Of a stretch of 64,000 bases of DNA, positions 1-10,707 are shown one piece after another. Origin of the DNA: Puia sp. (lineage in GTDB: Bacteria; Bacteroidota; Bacteroidia; Chitinophagales; Chitinophagaceae); the NCBI GenBank assembly GCA_035501395.1, contig DATJWK010000020.1:3851-67850 (forward strand), read 5' to 3'. How positions within the stretch are numbered: position 1 is the stretch's first letter; each line of letters opens with the position of its first letter. The notes under the pieces were generated by a model. The model was not told the origin of the DNA. It made no database searches and saw only the letters and a program-made list of their open reading frames with translations. A program made the position numbers and the translations under genes.

Positions 1-184
1 TGGTTGAATAGCCGGAGATAGATTTTACCGGGATATCGAGGGCCAGATCGATCGTGTAGTGCCGGATATCCATATTGGCTTGTTCCGGCTTTAGCGGGCC
101 GCCGTAATCAGGACGAACGATCTGAGCGAAGGCGGGGCATGCAGCGCAGCCGAGAAGCATGCACCAGGTCAGGAATCTTGTCAT
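1..184 (-). CDS. M1 family metallopeptidase, N-terminal part (runs off the left edge)
   Basis: Manual translation from ATG at 184 gives MTRFLTWCMLLGCAACPAFAQIVRPDYGGPLKPEQANMDIRHYTIDLALDIPVKSISGYST: a signal peptide plus an M1-like 'DIRHYTIDL' N-terminal strand. It starts 13 nt after the uxuA stop. The catalytic motif is outside the window. Confidence 0.65.
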   Translation of the reverse strand, partial: MTRFLTWCMLLGCAACPAFAQIVRPDYGGPLKPEQANMDIRHYTIDLALDIPVKSISGYST

Positions 185-197
185 GGTACAATATTAC

Positions 198-1373
198 TTA
201 AAGTCCGGATGCCAGCGCATGCTGTATCCCCCGTAATTCTGCGAGACCGCGGAGGCGGCCGATGGCGCTGTAGCCGGGATAGGTTGTCTTGCGGAGGTCG
301 TCCAACATCTGGTGCCCGTGGTCGGGCCGCATCGGCAGAGAGATCTTCCGGCGGTCCTGAACGTTAAGGAGTTCTCTGATAACAGCTACCATATCGACAT
401 CTCCGTCCAGGTGATCGGCCTCAAAGAAATTGCCCTCCCCGTCTCTTGTGGTGCTCCGCAGGTGAATAAAATGGATGTGGTCGCCCAGCCGCTTCACCAT
501 GCCGACAAGGTCGTTGTCCGGCCGGACGCCATATGAACCCGTACAGAAACATAAGCCGTTCGCAGGCGAAGGCGAGCAGTCCAGGAGTTCGCGGGCATCC
601 TGCTCGGTGCTAACGATCCGGGGCAGCCCGAGGATGGGATAAGGCGGGTCATCAGGGTGGATGGCCAGTTTGAGCCCGTTCGCTTCTGCGGTAGGGACGA
701 TCTGTTGGAGGAAATAAAAAAGATGCTGCTTCAATTTCGCAGCGTCGATCCCCTGGTACTCCTTGAGGGCAGCAAGGATCTGGGCTTCGGTGAATCGTTC
801 CTCGGACCCCGGCAATCCAAGCAATGCATTTCGAAACAGCGTTTCTTTCTCGTTCGCCGTCATCGACGCGAGGCGGCGTTCGGCGGCTGCGATCTCTTTC
901 GCGGTATAGTCCTTGTCGGCGCCGGGTCGTTTGAGGAGGAAGAGATCGAACGCAACAAAGGCCGGCTTTTCGAACCGGAGTGCCTTGCTGCGATCGGGCA
1001 ATTCGTAGGCGATATCGGTCCGCATCCAGTCAAGGATCGGCATGAAGTTATAGGTTACCACCTCGAGGCCTTCTTTTGCCACGTTCTTCAGGCTCTGCTG
1101 ATAGGTACCGATGTATTGCTGGTAGTTGCCCCGTTGTTTCTTTATGTCCTCATGGACCGGCAGGCTTTCGATGACGGTCCAGCGCATGCCCGCGTCTTCA
1201 ATTTCTCTCCGGCGTTTTGCGACCTCTTCGCGTGGCCAGGTTTCGCCGACTGCAATATGATGGAGTGCGGTGACTACGCCGGTGCAGCCTGCCTGGCGGA
1301 TGTCCCAAAGGGTGACCGGATCGTTGGGTCCATACCAGCGCATGGTCTCCTCCATCATATAGGGTCGCTTCAT
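198..1373 (-). CDS. uxuA: Mannonate dehydratase
   Basis: Motifs [52 protein letters not shown]. Confidence 0.95.
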   Translation of the reverse strand: MKRPYMMEETMRWYGPNDPVTLWDIRQAGCTGVVTALHHIAVGETWPREEVAKRRREIEDAGMRWTVIESLPVHEDIKKQRGNYQQYIGTYQQSLKNVAKEGLEVVTYNFMPILDWMRTDIAYELPDRSKALRFEKPAFVAFDLFLLKRPGADKDYTAKEIAAAERRLASMTANEKETLFRNALLGLPGSEERFTEAQILAALKEYQGIDAAKLKQHLFYFLQQIVPTAEANGLKLAIHPDDPPYPILGLPRIVSTEQDARELLDCSPSPANGLCFCTGSYGVRPDNDLVGMVKRLGDHIHFIHLRSTTRDGEGNFFEADHLDGDVDMVAVIRELLNVQDRRKISLPMRPDHGHQMLDDLRKTTYPGYSAIGRLRGLAELRGIQHALASGL

Positions 1374-1382
1374 ATAATTGTT

Positions 1383-3641
1383 TTATTTCCCAAGCACTTC
1401 GATCTCAGTTACTGCCGGCATTGGCGCACCCAGTTCCTCGCTTCGTCGTGAGGGCAGCGAGCCGGCAATGCTGATCCTGATCTTTCCCGGCAGTTCGACT
1501 TTCATGCCTTTCGAGTCTACAACAGAGAGTTGGTCCGGGGTAAGCGTGAAATGCAGGCGGATCGAATCACCGGGCGCCAAAGATACACGCTGAAATCCTT
1601 TCAATGCAAATAAGGCGGCCGAATCGCCGGCGTTTTCGTGTGTCAGGTACATTTCAGCTACTTCGTCGGAGGCGTATTTACCGGTGTTTGTAAGGGTCAC
1701 CTCCGCAGTCAGGGTTTCGCCGCGGCGGATCTTCGGTTTCGAAACGGTCAGCCCGCTGTAGAAAAAGCTGGTATAGCTTAGGCCAAATCCGAACGGATAC
1801 AAGGGGTCCGTAGTCATAAAACGATACGTTCTGCCCTTCATGGAATAGCTGTCAAATGGCGGCAGCTGGTCATAGGAGCGGGGGAAGGTCACCGGTAGTT
1901 TCCCTGACGGTGCGACTTTTCCGAATAACACGTCCGCCACTGCGTTACCGCCTTCTTCCCCCGGGTACCATACCAGCAGTACGGCATCGGCTATTTGCTG
2001 GACTTCGGCGAGGTTCATGGGGCTGCCGCCGGTGACGACGGCAATGACCGGGTGTTGATTGCCGGCCTTTAGTTTCCGCAGGTAGTCGATCTGGGCGGCA
2101 GGAAGGTTGTAGTCCAGCCGGTCGCCGAATGTCGGGGATGCCAGCGACTCGCCTTCTTCGCCTTCCAGCAGGCCGGTGATACCCATAACATAGATCGTTG
2201 CGTCGGCGCCTTTGGCATTTCCCGATGCCCAGTCGATCGGGTTCACGTTGGGGCGATCCAGCAGAACACCCTGGTTGTAGGTCAGCTGGCTTCCCGCTTG
2301 CACCTGGGATGCGAGACCTTCCATGATCGAGACCAACCGGTTGTTGACCCCATAGTAGTTGCCCAGGAGGATGTCGATGCTGGTCGCGTTGGGGCCGGTT
2401 AGAAAATACTGCTTCAGACCGGGGGAAAGCGGCAGGACGCCGTTGTTTTTTAGCAGCACGATGGATTTCTCCGCCACTTTCCGGGCCAGGGCGCGGTGTT
2501 CGGGGCTATTGATAACGGATTCTGGTATCCGATCGTAGGGGTTGCTCCCGGCAGGATCGAAAAGACCCAGTTTGAATCGCGTGAGAAGCAGTGTGGCGAG
2601 GGAACTGTCGATCTCGCGCTGGGTGATCAGACCCTGCTTTACTGCGTCGGGCAGTGCGAGATAGGTGTCGCCGCAATTCAGGTTGACACCTCGTTGTACG
2701 GCAAGTGCGGCGGCGGCGGCTCTGCTCGTGACAAGCTTGTGCCCGCTATAGATATCGGCGATCGCATCGCAGTCGGAAACGACATGTCCTTTAAATCCCC
2801 ATTGGGTGCGCAGGACCTGATCCAGCAGATAGGTATTTGCGCAGCAGGCCTCGCCGTCGGTCCGGTTGTAAGCGCACATCACCGCCTCTACCTTGGCGTC
2901 GACGACCAGGGCATGGAAAGCCGGAAGGTAGGTGTCCCAGAGATCGTGCTTTGAAACTTCAGCGTCGAACTGATGCCGCAGCCGCTCCGGGCCGCTGTGC
3001 ACGGCGAAATGTTTTGCACACGCCGCCACCTTCAGGTAGCGCGGGTCGTCGCCCTGGAAACCACGCACCAGAGCAACGCCCATACGACCGGTCAGGTAGG
3101 GATCCTCACCATAGGTCTCCTGCCCCCTGCCCCATCGGGGGTCGCGAAAGATATTGATATTGGGTGTCCAGAACGTCAGCCCGCTAAAGCGGTTGCGATA
3201 GTCTTTTTTTACGGATGCATTGTACATCGCCCGGGCCTCATCCGAGATTGCGTCGGCTACCTGGCGGACAAGGCTGTCGTCGAAAGTTGCCGCCATTCCG
3301 ATCGGCTGTGGGAAGATGGTGGCGACGCCGGATCGGGCGACACCGTGCAAGGCTTCGTTCCACCAGTCGTAGGCCGGTATGTGTAACCGGGGAATGGCCG
3401 GAGTGCTGTTCATCATTTGGTAGATCTTTTCTTCCGGCGTGAGGCGCGTGATCAAGTCACGGACGCGGACTTCGAGAGGCAGCGCTGGGTTCTTCCAGGG
3501 TTCGGCTTGGGCCGGCGTTTCAATTTGCGGGGGTTGGGCGGTGGATCGCGCCGGCGGCGGCGCTGGTTGGGCGGTTTGCGCGGTGGTGCGGGCAGATAGC
3601 ACCAAACAGGCGATCGGGGCGAGGAAGAAAAGTCTTTTCAT
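1383..3641 (-). CDS. GH3 beta-xylosidase/glucosidase, secreted
   Basis: WWNEALHGV, WTPNINIFRDPRWGRGQETYGEDP, KHFAVH, nucleophile in VVSDC, C-terminal Fn3-like domain; start chosen at MKRLFFLAPIA (signal peptide). Confidence 0.92.
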   Translation of the reverse strand: MKRLFFLAPIACLVLSARTTAQTAQPAPPPARSTAQPPQIETPAQAEPWKNPALPLEVRVRDLITRLTPEEKIYQMMNSTPAIPRLHIPAYDWWNEALHGVARSGVATIFPQPIGMAATFDDSLVRQVADAISDEARAMYNASVKKDYRNRFSGLTFWTPNINIFRDPRWGRGQETYGEDPYLTGRMGVALVRGFQGDDPRYLKVAACAKHFAVHSGPERLRHQFDAEVSKHDLWDTYLPAFHALVVDAKVEAVMCAYNRTDGEACCANTYLLDQVLRTQWGFKGHVVSDCDAIADIYSGHKLVTSRAAAAALAVQRGVNLNCGDTYLALPDAVKQGLITQREIDSSLATLLLTRFKLGLFDPAGSNPYDRIPESVINSPEHRALARKVAEKSIVLLKNNGVLPLSPGLKQYFLTGPNATSIDILLGNYYGVNNRLVSIMEGLASQVQAGSQLTYNQGVLLDRPNVNPIDWASGNAKGADATIYVMGITGLLEGEEGESLASPTFGDRLDYNLPAAQIDYLRKLKAGNQHPVIAVVTGGSPMNLAEVQQIADAVLLVWYPGEEGGNAVADVLFGKVAPSGKLPVTFPRSYDQLPPFDSYSMKGRTYRFMTTDPLYPFGFGLSYTSFFYSGLTVSKPKIRRGETLTAEVTLTNTGKYASDEVAEMYLTHENAGDSAALFALKGFQRVSLAPGDSIRLHFTLTPDQLSVVDSKGMKVELPGKIRISIAGSLPSRRSEELGAPMPAVTEIEVLGK

Positions 3642-3673
3642 ACTTGAGCAACATTTAAGGCTGCTAATGTAGC

Positions 3674-3681
3674 CAAATTTA
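3674..3681 (-). promoter_or_regulatory. Putative -7 promoter box (TAAATTTG) upstream of GH3-uxuA
   Basis: Matches the Bacteroidota TAnnTTTG consensus, 32 nt upstream of the GH3 ATG. Confidence 0.45.
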
Positions 3682-3779
3682 GCCAGGATGCAACCGATTG
3701 CAGGCATGTCTCATTTTTTTGGCGTTTTGGGGGGCCTTGCCTGGCGGGGCTGTATTCGGGCGGCAGTCGGCTGCGGCAG

Positions 3780-5231
3780 CTATTTAGGTGTCTTTCGCGC
3801 TTGAAAAGGCGAAGCAGGCAATCCATCCTGGAAGAGGCGGTCGCGGTTGATGAGGTTTATTCCCCGGGGATTGTCTGCCCACCCGTACCGCAGGGCGACC
3901 GGATTGGGAACCTGTTCGCAGGTAACGACAACTGTCTTTCCTTCGATGACGGCCTTTGCGGGGTAAAAGTGATTGTCATCGCCCGCCAGAGCGAAGCCGT
4001 GGACTTCGCCACCGCCTTTGACGACCAGCCCGCTTTCGACGGCATCAAAATGCACGGTGACTTTTTCATGTTTGATGTGCATGGCGTGAAATAGCGGACC
4101 GGTATAGATCGTGTTGGCTTTTTCGTATGCTATCCCTTCCGCGGAGGCAAACAGTCGTTTTGCCAGTTCATCCAGATGGCGACATTCGCCGTCACTTCCC
4201 TCTCCCAGGTCGGCCGACACCGCCATCCCGGTCAATGGAACGCTAAGGGTCAGGCGCTGTTGTTCGCGCAGGTCCGCCCAACGGCTTTCTTCGGGCTGGG
4301 TCGACGGGGCGCCGTGTGCCCCCGCCTGAACATATATCCACGGTAAGCCCGGTTGACCCCAGTGCCGCCGCCAGTCTCCGATAAGGGATGCGAAGATTCC
4401 GTGGTAGTCTTCCGGCCTGGCCATATTCGCCTCTCCCTGGAACCACAATACCCCCCGAACGGTATAGAGGCAAGCCGGAGCGATCATGCCATTAAACAAT
4501 CCACCGGTAGCCATCCGGTCGGCCGGCCCGGTCCCGTCCGCAAATGTGCTGTCGGCATAGGGTGCAGCCATGGCGGTGTAAGGTGGGAATAACCGTAACG
4601 CCTCCGGGCTAAGCCATGCTTCCGCGGGAGTACCGGCAACGGTGGCGTCGATAATACCCACTGCCACATGATATTGATCGGCTACCTGCAAAGCGAACAG
4701 GTAGGACAGAGCGGAAAAGGAAAGTACGGAAGAAGGATTGGCCGCCTGCCATCCACTGCCGGAAACGTTTGGGCGGGGACCTTTGAAGTCATAGTGGGTG
4801 GCGATATGATATTGCCGGATAATGGCGTGGTCTGCCGCAGCGATAAAATCGGTGTATTGGTCTTTGACCTTCTCCATACGAAGCTGCATACCGGTCCCGC
4901 CGGAACAAAACCATACTTCGCCAACCATTATGTCCTTTATCCAGATATGATTGATACCGTCGATATCCATCGTGTAGGGTCCGCCGGCCTTCTTTGGTGA
5001 GAGGACCACAAGCCATTTGCCATTGTCCCCGGTGATGCCGCGTACGGTCTCGCCATCGAATTTGACCGCTACTTCTTCACCGGGTGAGCCAAAACCCCAG
5101 ATGCGGATCGGGATATCGCGCTGCAGCACCATTCCGTCACTAACGAGTCGGGGTACTCGCACCTGGCCTTGCGCCTTCCATCCTGATAACAACCATAACC
5201 CGATCCAGACGAAAAGATGTCTACCATGCAT
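3780..5231 (-). CDS. Sialate O-acetylesterase-like SGNH protein with degenerate catalytic motifs
   Basis: Family context GEVWFCSG, PAEAW, RGVLWFQGE, LREQQ, LRYGW; the expected GQSNM reads GGTGM and DIHP reads DGEC. Confidence 0.8.
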   Translation of the reverse strand: MHGRHLFVWIGLWLLSGWKAQGQVRVPRLVSDGMVLQRDIPIRIWGFGSPGEEVAVKFDGETVRGITGDNGKWLVVLSPKKAGGPYTMDIDGINHIWIKDIMVGEVWFCSGGTGMQLRMEKVKDQYTDFIAAADHAIIRQYHIATHYDFKGPRPNVSGSGWQAANPSSVLSFSALSYLFALQVADQYHVAVGIIDATVAGTPAEAWLSPEALRLFPPYTAMAAPYADSTFADGTGPADRMATGGLFNGMIAPACLYTVRGVLWFQGEANMARPEDYHGIFASLIGDWRRHWGQPGLPWIYVQAGAHGAPSTQPEESRWADLREQQRLTLSVPLTGMAVSADLGEGSDGECRHLDELAKRLFASAEGIAYEKANTIYTGPLFHAMHIKHEKVTVHFDAVESGLVVKGGGEVHGFALAGDDNHFYPAKAVIEGKTVVVTCEQVPNPVALRYGWADNPRGINLINRDRLFQDGLPASPFQARKTPK

Positions 5232-5245
5232 GACCGTAAATATTT

Positions 5246-5270
5246 AGGGCGGCCCCTTCGGGGCCGCCCT
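5246..5270. other. Perfect GC-rich hairpin between susD and the SGNH gene
   Basis: AGGGCGGCCCC-TTC-GGGGCCGCCCT (11-bp stem); no clear U-tract on the minus strand. Confidence 0.6.
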
Positions 5271-5297
5271 GCAAATATATTTCTTTATGCCATGTAT

Positions 5298-7151
5298 CTA
5301 ATACCCATTGTTTTGCGGAAAAGTCGGTCCGGTCGTTACTGCGTCGATTTCGGATTGCGGGATCGGGCGGAGTACCATATACGGCTGGAGGTGCGCGCCG
5401 GCTTCGACGGGGTTCCAGGTCTGGACTCTTTCCAGCAGAGATTTGGTACGCACGAGGTCCCACCAGCGGATGCCTTCGCCGTAAAATTCCCTGGTGCGCT
5501 CATCGAGGATGAAGTCGATAGTCACCTGGCCGGGGGTGATATCCATTGCTGCTGCTGCGGCGGCATTTTGTCCCGCATTATTTGCCGGATTATACGCGGC
5601 TCTTTCCCGCACGACATTGATCATCGCCGCTGCATCGGTCGGGTCATTGTTTTCCAGGTATGCTTCGGCGCAAAGAAGGTAAACGTCGGAGAAACGCCAG
5701 AGGATCACCGGTCGCGTGCTGGGGTCATTGAAATCGGGCGCAGGCCGGCTCGGGTCGTCGAATTTGCGATTTGCCGGAAAATAGGAATTGGTCTGCAGGC
5801 TCGGTGGAATGATAATTCCCTTGAATGGCGTTGCGCCGTTGAATTGTGGCGCGCCGGGGACTTCGTAGGGCGGGAACCACACCGCGGTATCGACGTTCAC
5901 ATTCATGGTATAGCTGATCCCGCGGGAATTATTGGTGGCGCCGGCGGTGTTGGAAATGCCGGCGGTGTTGGCGATAAAGACGGTCTGGAATGTTTTCCAG
6001 TAGCGTGTGTCGTTGATCCGGTCCACACTGTCAAACGCCTCGCCGAGAACATAGGCGTTGTTCGGCCGCACACGGATATAGGGCCGGCCGTTCAACACAT
6101 CACGGGTCATCATGGAAGCGCCCGAGTTGGCGAGCTTTCCGGAACCGTTGACATAGGAGTTGATACCGCTGTTTGCCGGATAGTTCCAGCGCTGGAACCA
6201 GGGCAGCAGGTTTTGCGCGGCGCCGCCGGCCAGTCCCTTACCCACCTGGTATTGGCCATACTGGGCATTGCTGCTGTGGTCGCTTACCAATATCGTCTCC
6301 TTACCATAGTCCCAGGTCGCCCGGGATCCGGTGACGGGGTTGACGTTTTCGCCAAAGGCATCGGCATAATCCTGCCACAGTCCGAAGCCATAGGTTGCCT
6401 GGTTGGTTATCAGGTTTTGGAAGACGCTGATTGCCTGTTGGAAGTCGTTCGGTTGCGCGGCGCTCGACCACCCGCGGGTGAGGTAGGTCTTACCCAGCAG
6501 ATAAAGCGCGGCTCCCTGGGCGGCCGCTTTTCCCCCGAAAGGCGCTTGGGCGGTGGCATTTACCGGCGAGGTCACCTGCAGGAAGGCTGCCGCATAGTTC
6601 AGGTCGGAAATGATCGTGTCGTATACCTGGGCCATCGGCTGCCGCGAATCCGTCGTGCTGGCCGACGTGATGAACGTGGTGTGGAGCGGCACGTCGCCGA
6701 AATCGATCACCAGGTAGAAATACCAGAATGCCCGAAGGAAGTGGGCTTGAGCGACACATTGGTTAACGATCGTATCGGGCGGCAAAGCTTTGGCATACTG
6801 CAAGACACCGTTCAGCGTATTGATATCCTGATAGGCGATGTTCCACCACCCGTTGGATTCGTCGGCGCTGTTCATCGGGTTATACGTAAAGAAATCCGTG
6901 CTGGTGGCGCTTGCCCCTTCGAGTGTCTCATCCGTCCCGCCGAGACACTGCATCGAAAATCCTTCGGTACCCCAGAGACTGCGCAGATCGTTGTATACAC
7001 CGCCAACCCCACCCACCAGTCCGATCTCGGTGTTAAAGACACTGGGCGGAATGGAAGCCTCTGGTTTCTCCTGGAGGATCTTTTGACAGCTGATGGTACT
7101 CAGCAGAAGCGCCAGGAGGCTCGCAATACCAATTTTCTTAAATTGTTCCAT
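5298..7151 (-). CDS. RagB/SusD family nutrient-binding lipoprotein
   Basis: Lipobox in MEQFKKIGIASLLALLLSTISC; AHFLRAFWYF, FGDVPL, RFSDVYLLCAEA, ERTREFYGEGIRWWDLVR. Confidence 0.95.
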   Translation of the reverse strand: MEQFKKIGIASLLALLLSTISCQKILQEKPEASIPPSVFNTEIGLVGGVGGVYNDLRSLWGTEGFSMQCLGGTDETLEGASATSTDFFTYNPMNSADESNGWWNIAYQDINTLNGVLQYAKALPPDTIVNQCVAQAHFLRAFWYFYLVIDFGDVPLHTTFITSASTTDSRQPMAQVYDTIISDLNYAAAFLQVTSPVNATAQAPFGGKAAAQGAALYLLGKTYLTRGWSSAAQPNDFQQAISVFQNLITNQATYGFGLWQDYADAFGENVNPVTGSRATWDYGKETILVSDHSSNAQYGQYQVGKGLAGGAAQNLLPWFQRWNYPANSGINSYVNGSGKLANSGASMMTRDVLNGRPYIRVRPNNAYVLGEAFDSVDRINDTRYWKTFQTVFIANTAGISNTAGATNNSRGISYTMNVNVDTAVWFPPYEVPGAPQFNGATPFKGIIIPPSLQTNSYFPANRKFDDPSRPAPDFNDPSTRPVILWRFSDVYLLCAEAYLENNDPTDAAAMINVVRERAAYNPANNAGQNAAAAAAMDITPGQVTIDFILDERTREFYGEGIRWWDLVRTKSLLERVQTWNPVEAGAHLQPYMVLRPIPQSEIDAVTTGPTFPQNNGY

Positions 7152-7170
7152 ATGCAAAATTTTTATTGAA

Positions 7171-10100
7171 TTAGAATTGGAGGTTAACGCCGATGTTGAA
7201 AGCGCGGGTGGATGGGTTGTTGGCATTGACGGTGATCTGCCGGCTTTGACCGTTCGTCCCCCCCGCGCCCACGCTGCCGCCTGCCGCCGTCGATGCAACC
7301 GCGCCGCCGTAGCCGTTGCCTTCCGGATCGGGCCCATAACCTGCTTTTACAAAAGGGGAATACAGGATAAAGGGATTTAATGCCGTCAGATAGACGCGAA
7401 GATTGGTGATGCCGGATCTGCCCAGGGCCCTTGCCGGAATGGTATAGCCGAGGTTGATGCTGCGCATTTTTATAAAGGAGCCATCCATATATCCCAGGGT
7501 CGATGCAAAGGGAAAGGATTGAAGACTGGCATCCGGTCTGGGGAAGGCGTTTGTCGGATTGCTGCGGGTCCAGTAGTCCACTTTCATCTGGTTGACGCGG
7601 CTCTGCATGAAAAAGTCATAGCCGTTTGCCGAACCATCCGTCTGCAGGTAAGGAACAACCATCTTCATGCCCATGCGCGCGAAGATCACGAAGTTCAGGT
7701 CGAATCCCCTATAGGTCATGGTACTGCTAAATCCGCCTTCCCACTTTGGCTGGAAATTGCCGAGGATCTGCCGGTCGTTCTGGTCGATCTTTCCGTCGGG
7801 TTTGCCATTCGGTCCGCTGATGTCCTGCACGTGGATATTTCCAGGTAATTGCGCCGGCGAAGTCTGTGCCTGTAATTTGCCGTCGACGGAGTCCGCGGTC
7901 TGCCAGATCCCCACCTTCTTTACGTCGTAGATGACGGTCAGTGGCTGTCCTACGAACCAGCCGTCATTGATGTCCTTCGTTACGCCAGGGATGATTTGGG
8001 TGATCTTTTCACGGCTCAGGAAGAAATTGAAGTCGGTCGTCCAACCGAAACCGCCGGGCGAAGAAGGCTTGATATTGACGGTCGTCAGATTGATCTCGAC
8101 TCCTTTGCCGGTGGTTTTACCCAGGTTGCTGACAATGCTGCTCGCACCGTTGCTCGCCGGGAGGGTTTGCTGCAGGAGGATGTCCTTCGTATTTTGCTGA
8201 TAGACGTCGATCGTACCGAAGATCCGGTTCTGGATAAGACCGAAGTCGAAGCCGAAATTTGTCTGTGCCGTTTGTTCCCAATGAAGGTGCGGATTGGCCA
8301 GTTGGGTCACCAGGAATGTCCCGACCCCACCCGCGGATGCCTGGCCGAAGTTATAGGTGCTGGTGGTCAGCAGACCCAGGGTACTATAAGGCCCGACGCC
8401 CTGGTTGGATGTGACGCCCCAGCCTGCTCTCAATTTCAGGTTGCTCAGCCAGGCGAATCCCTTCATAAATTCTTCGTTCATCATATTCCAGCCCAGTGCG
8501 AAGGCCGGATACGTAAAGTAGCGGTTACCCGGTGAAAGAACGGAAGCTCCGTCTGTTCGCACGGTTGCCGTCAGCAGGTATTTCTCGTTAAAGGCGTAAT
8601 TCACGCGTCCCATATACGAGATAAGTCCACGTTCATAGAAGTTGCTTGGATTGTTTGGGTCCACCCCAAGTGTCGTTGCGAGGGCAAGGTTGCCGTCCAG
8701 TACGGAATTTGCGGGGAATCCGGTTCCCTGGAAACCGCTATTTTGGAAATGGTCTTTTTGGGCGCTGTATAACCCGGTGATAGTAATGTGGTGCTTCTCC
8801 GCAAAGGTCTTGTCATAGGTCAGCACGTTTTCCCAAACCCATGAATAGGTTTCGGTATTGGCGACCGTTGCCGTTGCGCTCGCCAGCGAAGTATTGGCGT
8901 TTACAAACGTCTGCGGACCGCTGTAGCTACCGGTATAATTTTGTGCATAATTCAACCCGATATTCATCCGGTAACGCAAACCGGGCAGGATATACCATTC
9001 GCCGTATAGGCTATTAAAAGTCTGCAGCCGGCGGGTGCGGTTCAGGATCTCGCTCTTGGCTGTCTTCAGCGTCAGCGGGTTGACATAGGTGGTCGCGTCG
9101 ATGGAACCGGCCAGGGGGTAGAGGTTGAGTGTTCCGTTCGGATTATAAGGTGCATCGAGCGGGCTCAAACGCATAAGGGTCCCTGTGACACCCGTACCGC
9201 CGGGTAGATTGGTATAAGCCAGTGAATTGATCGTGTTGATCCCTATCTTCAGGTGGCTGCTTACCTTATGATCGATAGTCGTGCGAAGCGCAAACCGTTC
9301 GAAGTTTTGGTTGGGAATGATCCCTTGCTGGTCGTAATAAGAAGCGCCTATGCCGAATTGGGTCGTCTCGGTGCCGCCGGAAAGACTCAAATTATTGCTT
9401 GTAGTCATTGCGTTCCGGTAGATCAGCTTCTGCCAGTCCGTATTTACTCCTGCGTTCAGACCGGAGTCTTCAAGCGGCGTCAATCCGTAAACCGTTGTAT
9501 TCGGTGTGGCGGAATTCAGGGCAGCGGCATCCGCCTTAAATTGCGCATACTCTTTTCCATTAAATACCCGCAGTTCTTTAAGGATGCTTGAAATACCATA
9601 GTATCCATTGTAGGTCATCTGTGATTTCCCTACCCGTCCCCGCTTGGTGGTGATGATGATAACGCCGCCGGAGCCCCGGGAACCATAGATAGCCGTCGCC
9701 GAAGCGTCCTTTAATATATCAAGGTTGGCGATATCATTCGGGTCGATGTCGTTCACGCTGCCCGAGAATGGGATCCCGTCAAGTACCACCAGCGGCTGGT
9801 CGAGGCCGTCGCTGACGGAGTTGGCATTCCCGGTGCCGGTTATGGGATTGGTATATGAAGAGGTCGCCATCGACCGGTTTCCCCGGATGCGGATCTGGCC
9901 GCCGCCACCCGGTGAAGCGCTGTTGGTTACAATATCCACGCCGGCTGTCCGGCCCTGCAACTGGTTGATGAAGTTTGGTTCAGGCACCTGCGCCAGCGTG
10001 TTTGCGGATACCCTTGCAACCGAGCCCGTAACGTCACTTTTCCGCTGTGACCCATACCCGACGACAATCACCTGGTCCAACGAGCTGCTGGCTGAGGGTA

Positions 10101-10437
10101 AAACGATCTGGATGGAATTGCGCCCGCCAACTTTGACGGAAGTGGTAATATAACCGACGGAAGAGACGATCAGGGTCGCGTTGGGCGGAACGGAAATGGC
10201 AAAATTCCCGTTGTCGTCGCTGCTGACACCCTGTTTGCCTCCCTTAACCCCGATGGTCGCTTTTGCTACGGTCTGGCCGCTGTCGGAGACGACATGCCCG
10301 ACGACATGGATGTCCTGGGCGTACAAGCGGGGGGCGGCCAGGACAAGCCCGCAGCAGATGAGGAGAAATGATCTTTTCAACGGCCACCCGGTCGGCGGCA
10401 GTCCCCGGGGGACCCGATGCTCGAACGAAACTCTCAT
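7171..10437 (-). CDS. SusC/RagA TonB-dependent outer-membrane transporter
   Basis: VVVGYG, plug motif ILKDASATAIYGSRGSGGVIIITTK, LKLRAGWG, C-terminal GVNLQF. Confidence 0.97.
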   Translation of the reverse strand: MRVSFEHRVPRGLPPTGWPLKRSFLLICCGLVLAAPRLYAQDIHVVGHVVSDSGQTVAKATIGVKGGKQGVSSDDNGNFAISVPPNATLIVSSVGYITTSVKVGGRNSIQIVLPSASSSLDQVIVVGYGSQRKSDVTGSVARVSANTLAQVPEPNFINQLQGRTAGVDIVTNSASPGGGGQIRIRGNRSMATSSYTNPITGTGNANSVSDGLDQPLVVLDGIPFSGSVNDIDPNDIANLDILKDASATAIYGSRGSGGVIIITTKRGRVGKSQMTYNGYYGISSILKELRVFNGKEYAQFKADAAALNSATPNTTVYGLTPLEDSGLNAGVNTDWQKLIYRNAMTTSNNLSLSGGTETTQFGIGASYYDQQGIIPNQNFERFALRTTIDHKVSSHLKIGINTINSLAYTNLPGGTGVTGTLMRLSPLDAPYNPNGTLNLYPLAGSIDATTYVNPLTLKTAKSEILNRTRRLQTFNSLYGEWYILPGLRYRMNIGLNYAQNYTGSYSGPQTFVNANTSLASATATVANTETYSWVWENVLTYDKTFAEKHHITITGLYSAQKDHFQNSGFQGTGFPANSVLDGNLALATTLGVDPNNPSNFYERGLISYMGRVNYAFNEKYLLTATVRTDGASVLSPGNRYFTYPAFALGWNMMNEEFMKGFAWLSNLKLRAGWGVTSNQGVGPYSTLGLLTTSTYNFGQASAGGVGTFLVTQLANPHLHWEQTAQTNFGFDFGLIQNRIFGTIDVYQQNTKDILLQQTLPASNGASSIVSNLGKTTGKGVEINLTTVNIKPSSPGGFGWTTDFNFFLSREKITQIIPGVTKDINDGWFVGQPLTVIYDVKKVGIWQTADSVDGKLQAQTSPAQLPGNIHVQDISGPNGKPDGKIDQNDRQILGNFQPKWEGGFSSTMTYRGFDLNFVIFARMGMKMVVPYLQTDGSANGYDFFMQSRVNQMKVDYWTRSNPTNAFPRPDASLQSFPFASTLGYMDGSFIKMRSINLGYTIPARALGRSGITNLRVYLTALNPFILYSPFVKAGYGPDPEGNGYGGAVASTAAGGSVGAGGTNGQSRQITVNANNPSTRAFNIGVNLQF

Positions 10438-10650
10438 AAGTGATCGGTTTTAGTTTTGAAGCTTTGGTAATTAATATGTGCTGTACAGCATGGTCACCGC
10501 GTTGCCGGCTTTGGGCATACGAGAGAATATTGGCAGCGAAGGGAGTGGAAAATAGTTCTGGCTGCATGAGATCAATCGTTGTTTTTTTGGCATGGCAAGA
10601 ATGCAGTGTGCTGCGTTGACGAGGCTAAAATAGTGAAAATTCCAAAAAAA

Positions 10651-10664
10651 TGTAACCGATTACA
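10651..10664. promoter_or_regulatory. LacI-type operator 1 (TGTAACCGATTACA, flanked by A7/T7)
   Basis: Fits the LacI/CcpA-type TGWAANCGNTTWCA palindrome; lies in the divergent susC/lacI intergenic region. Confidence 0.8.
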
Positions 10665-10707
10665 TTTTTTTTTAAAAAATAAAGTACATTTACCTCTGTC
10701 TAAGGGA

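Noticed and set aside
5217-7169. 650-aa plus-strand ORF
   Set aside because: Antisense shadow of susD in GC-rich DNA; no motifs.
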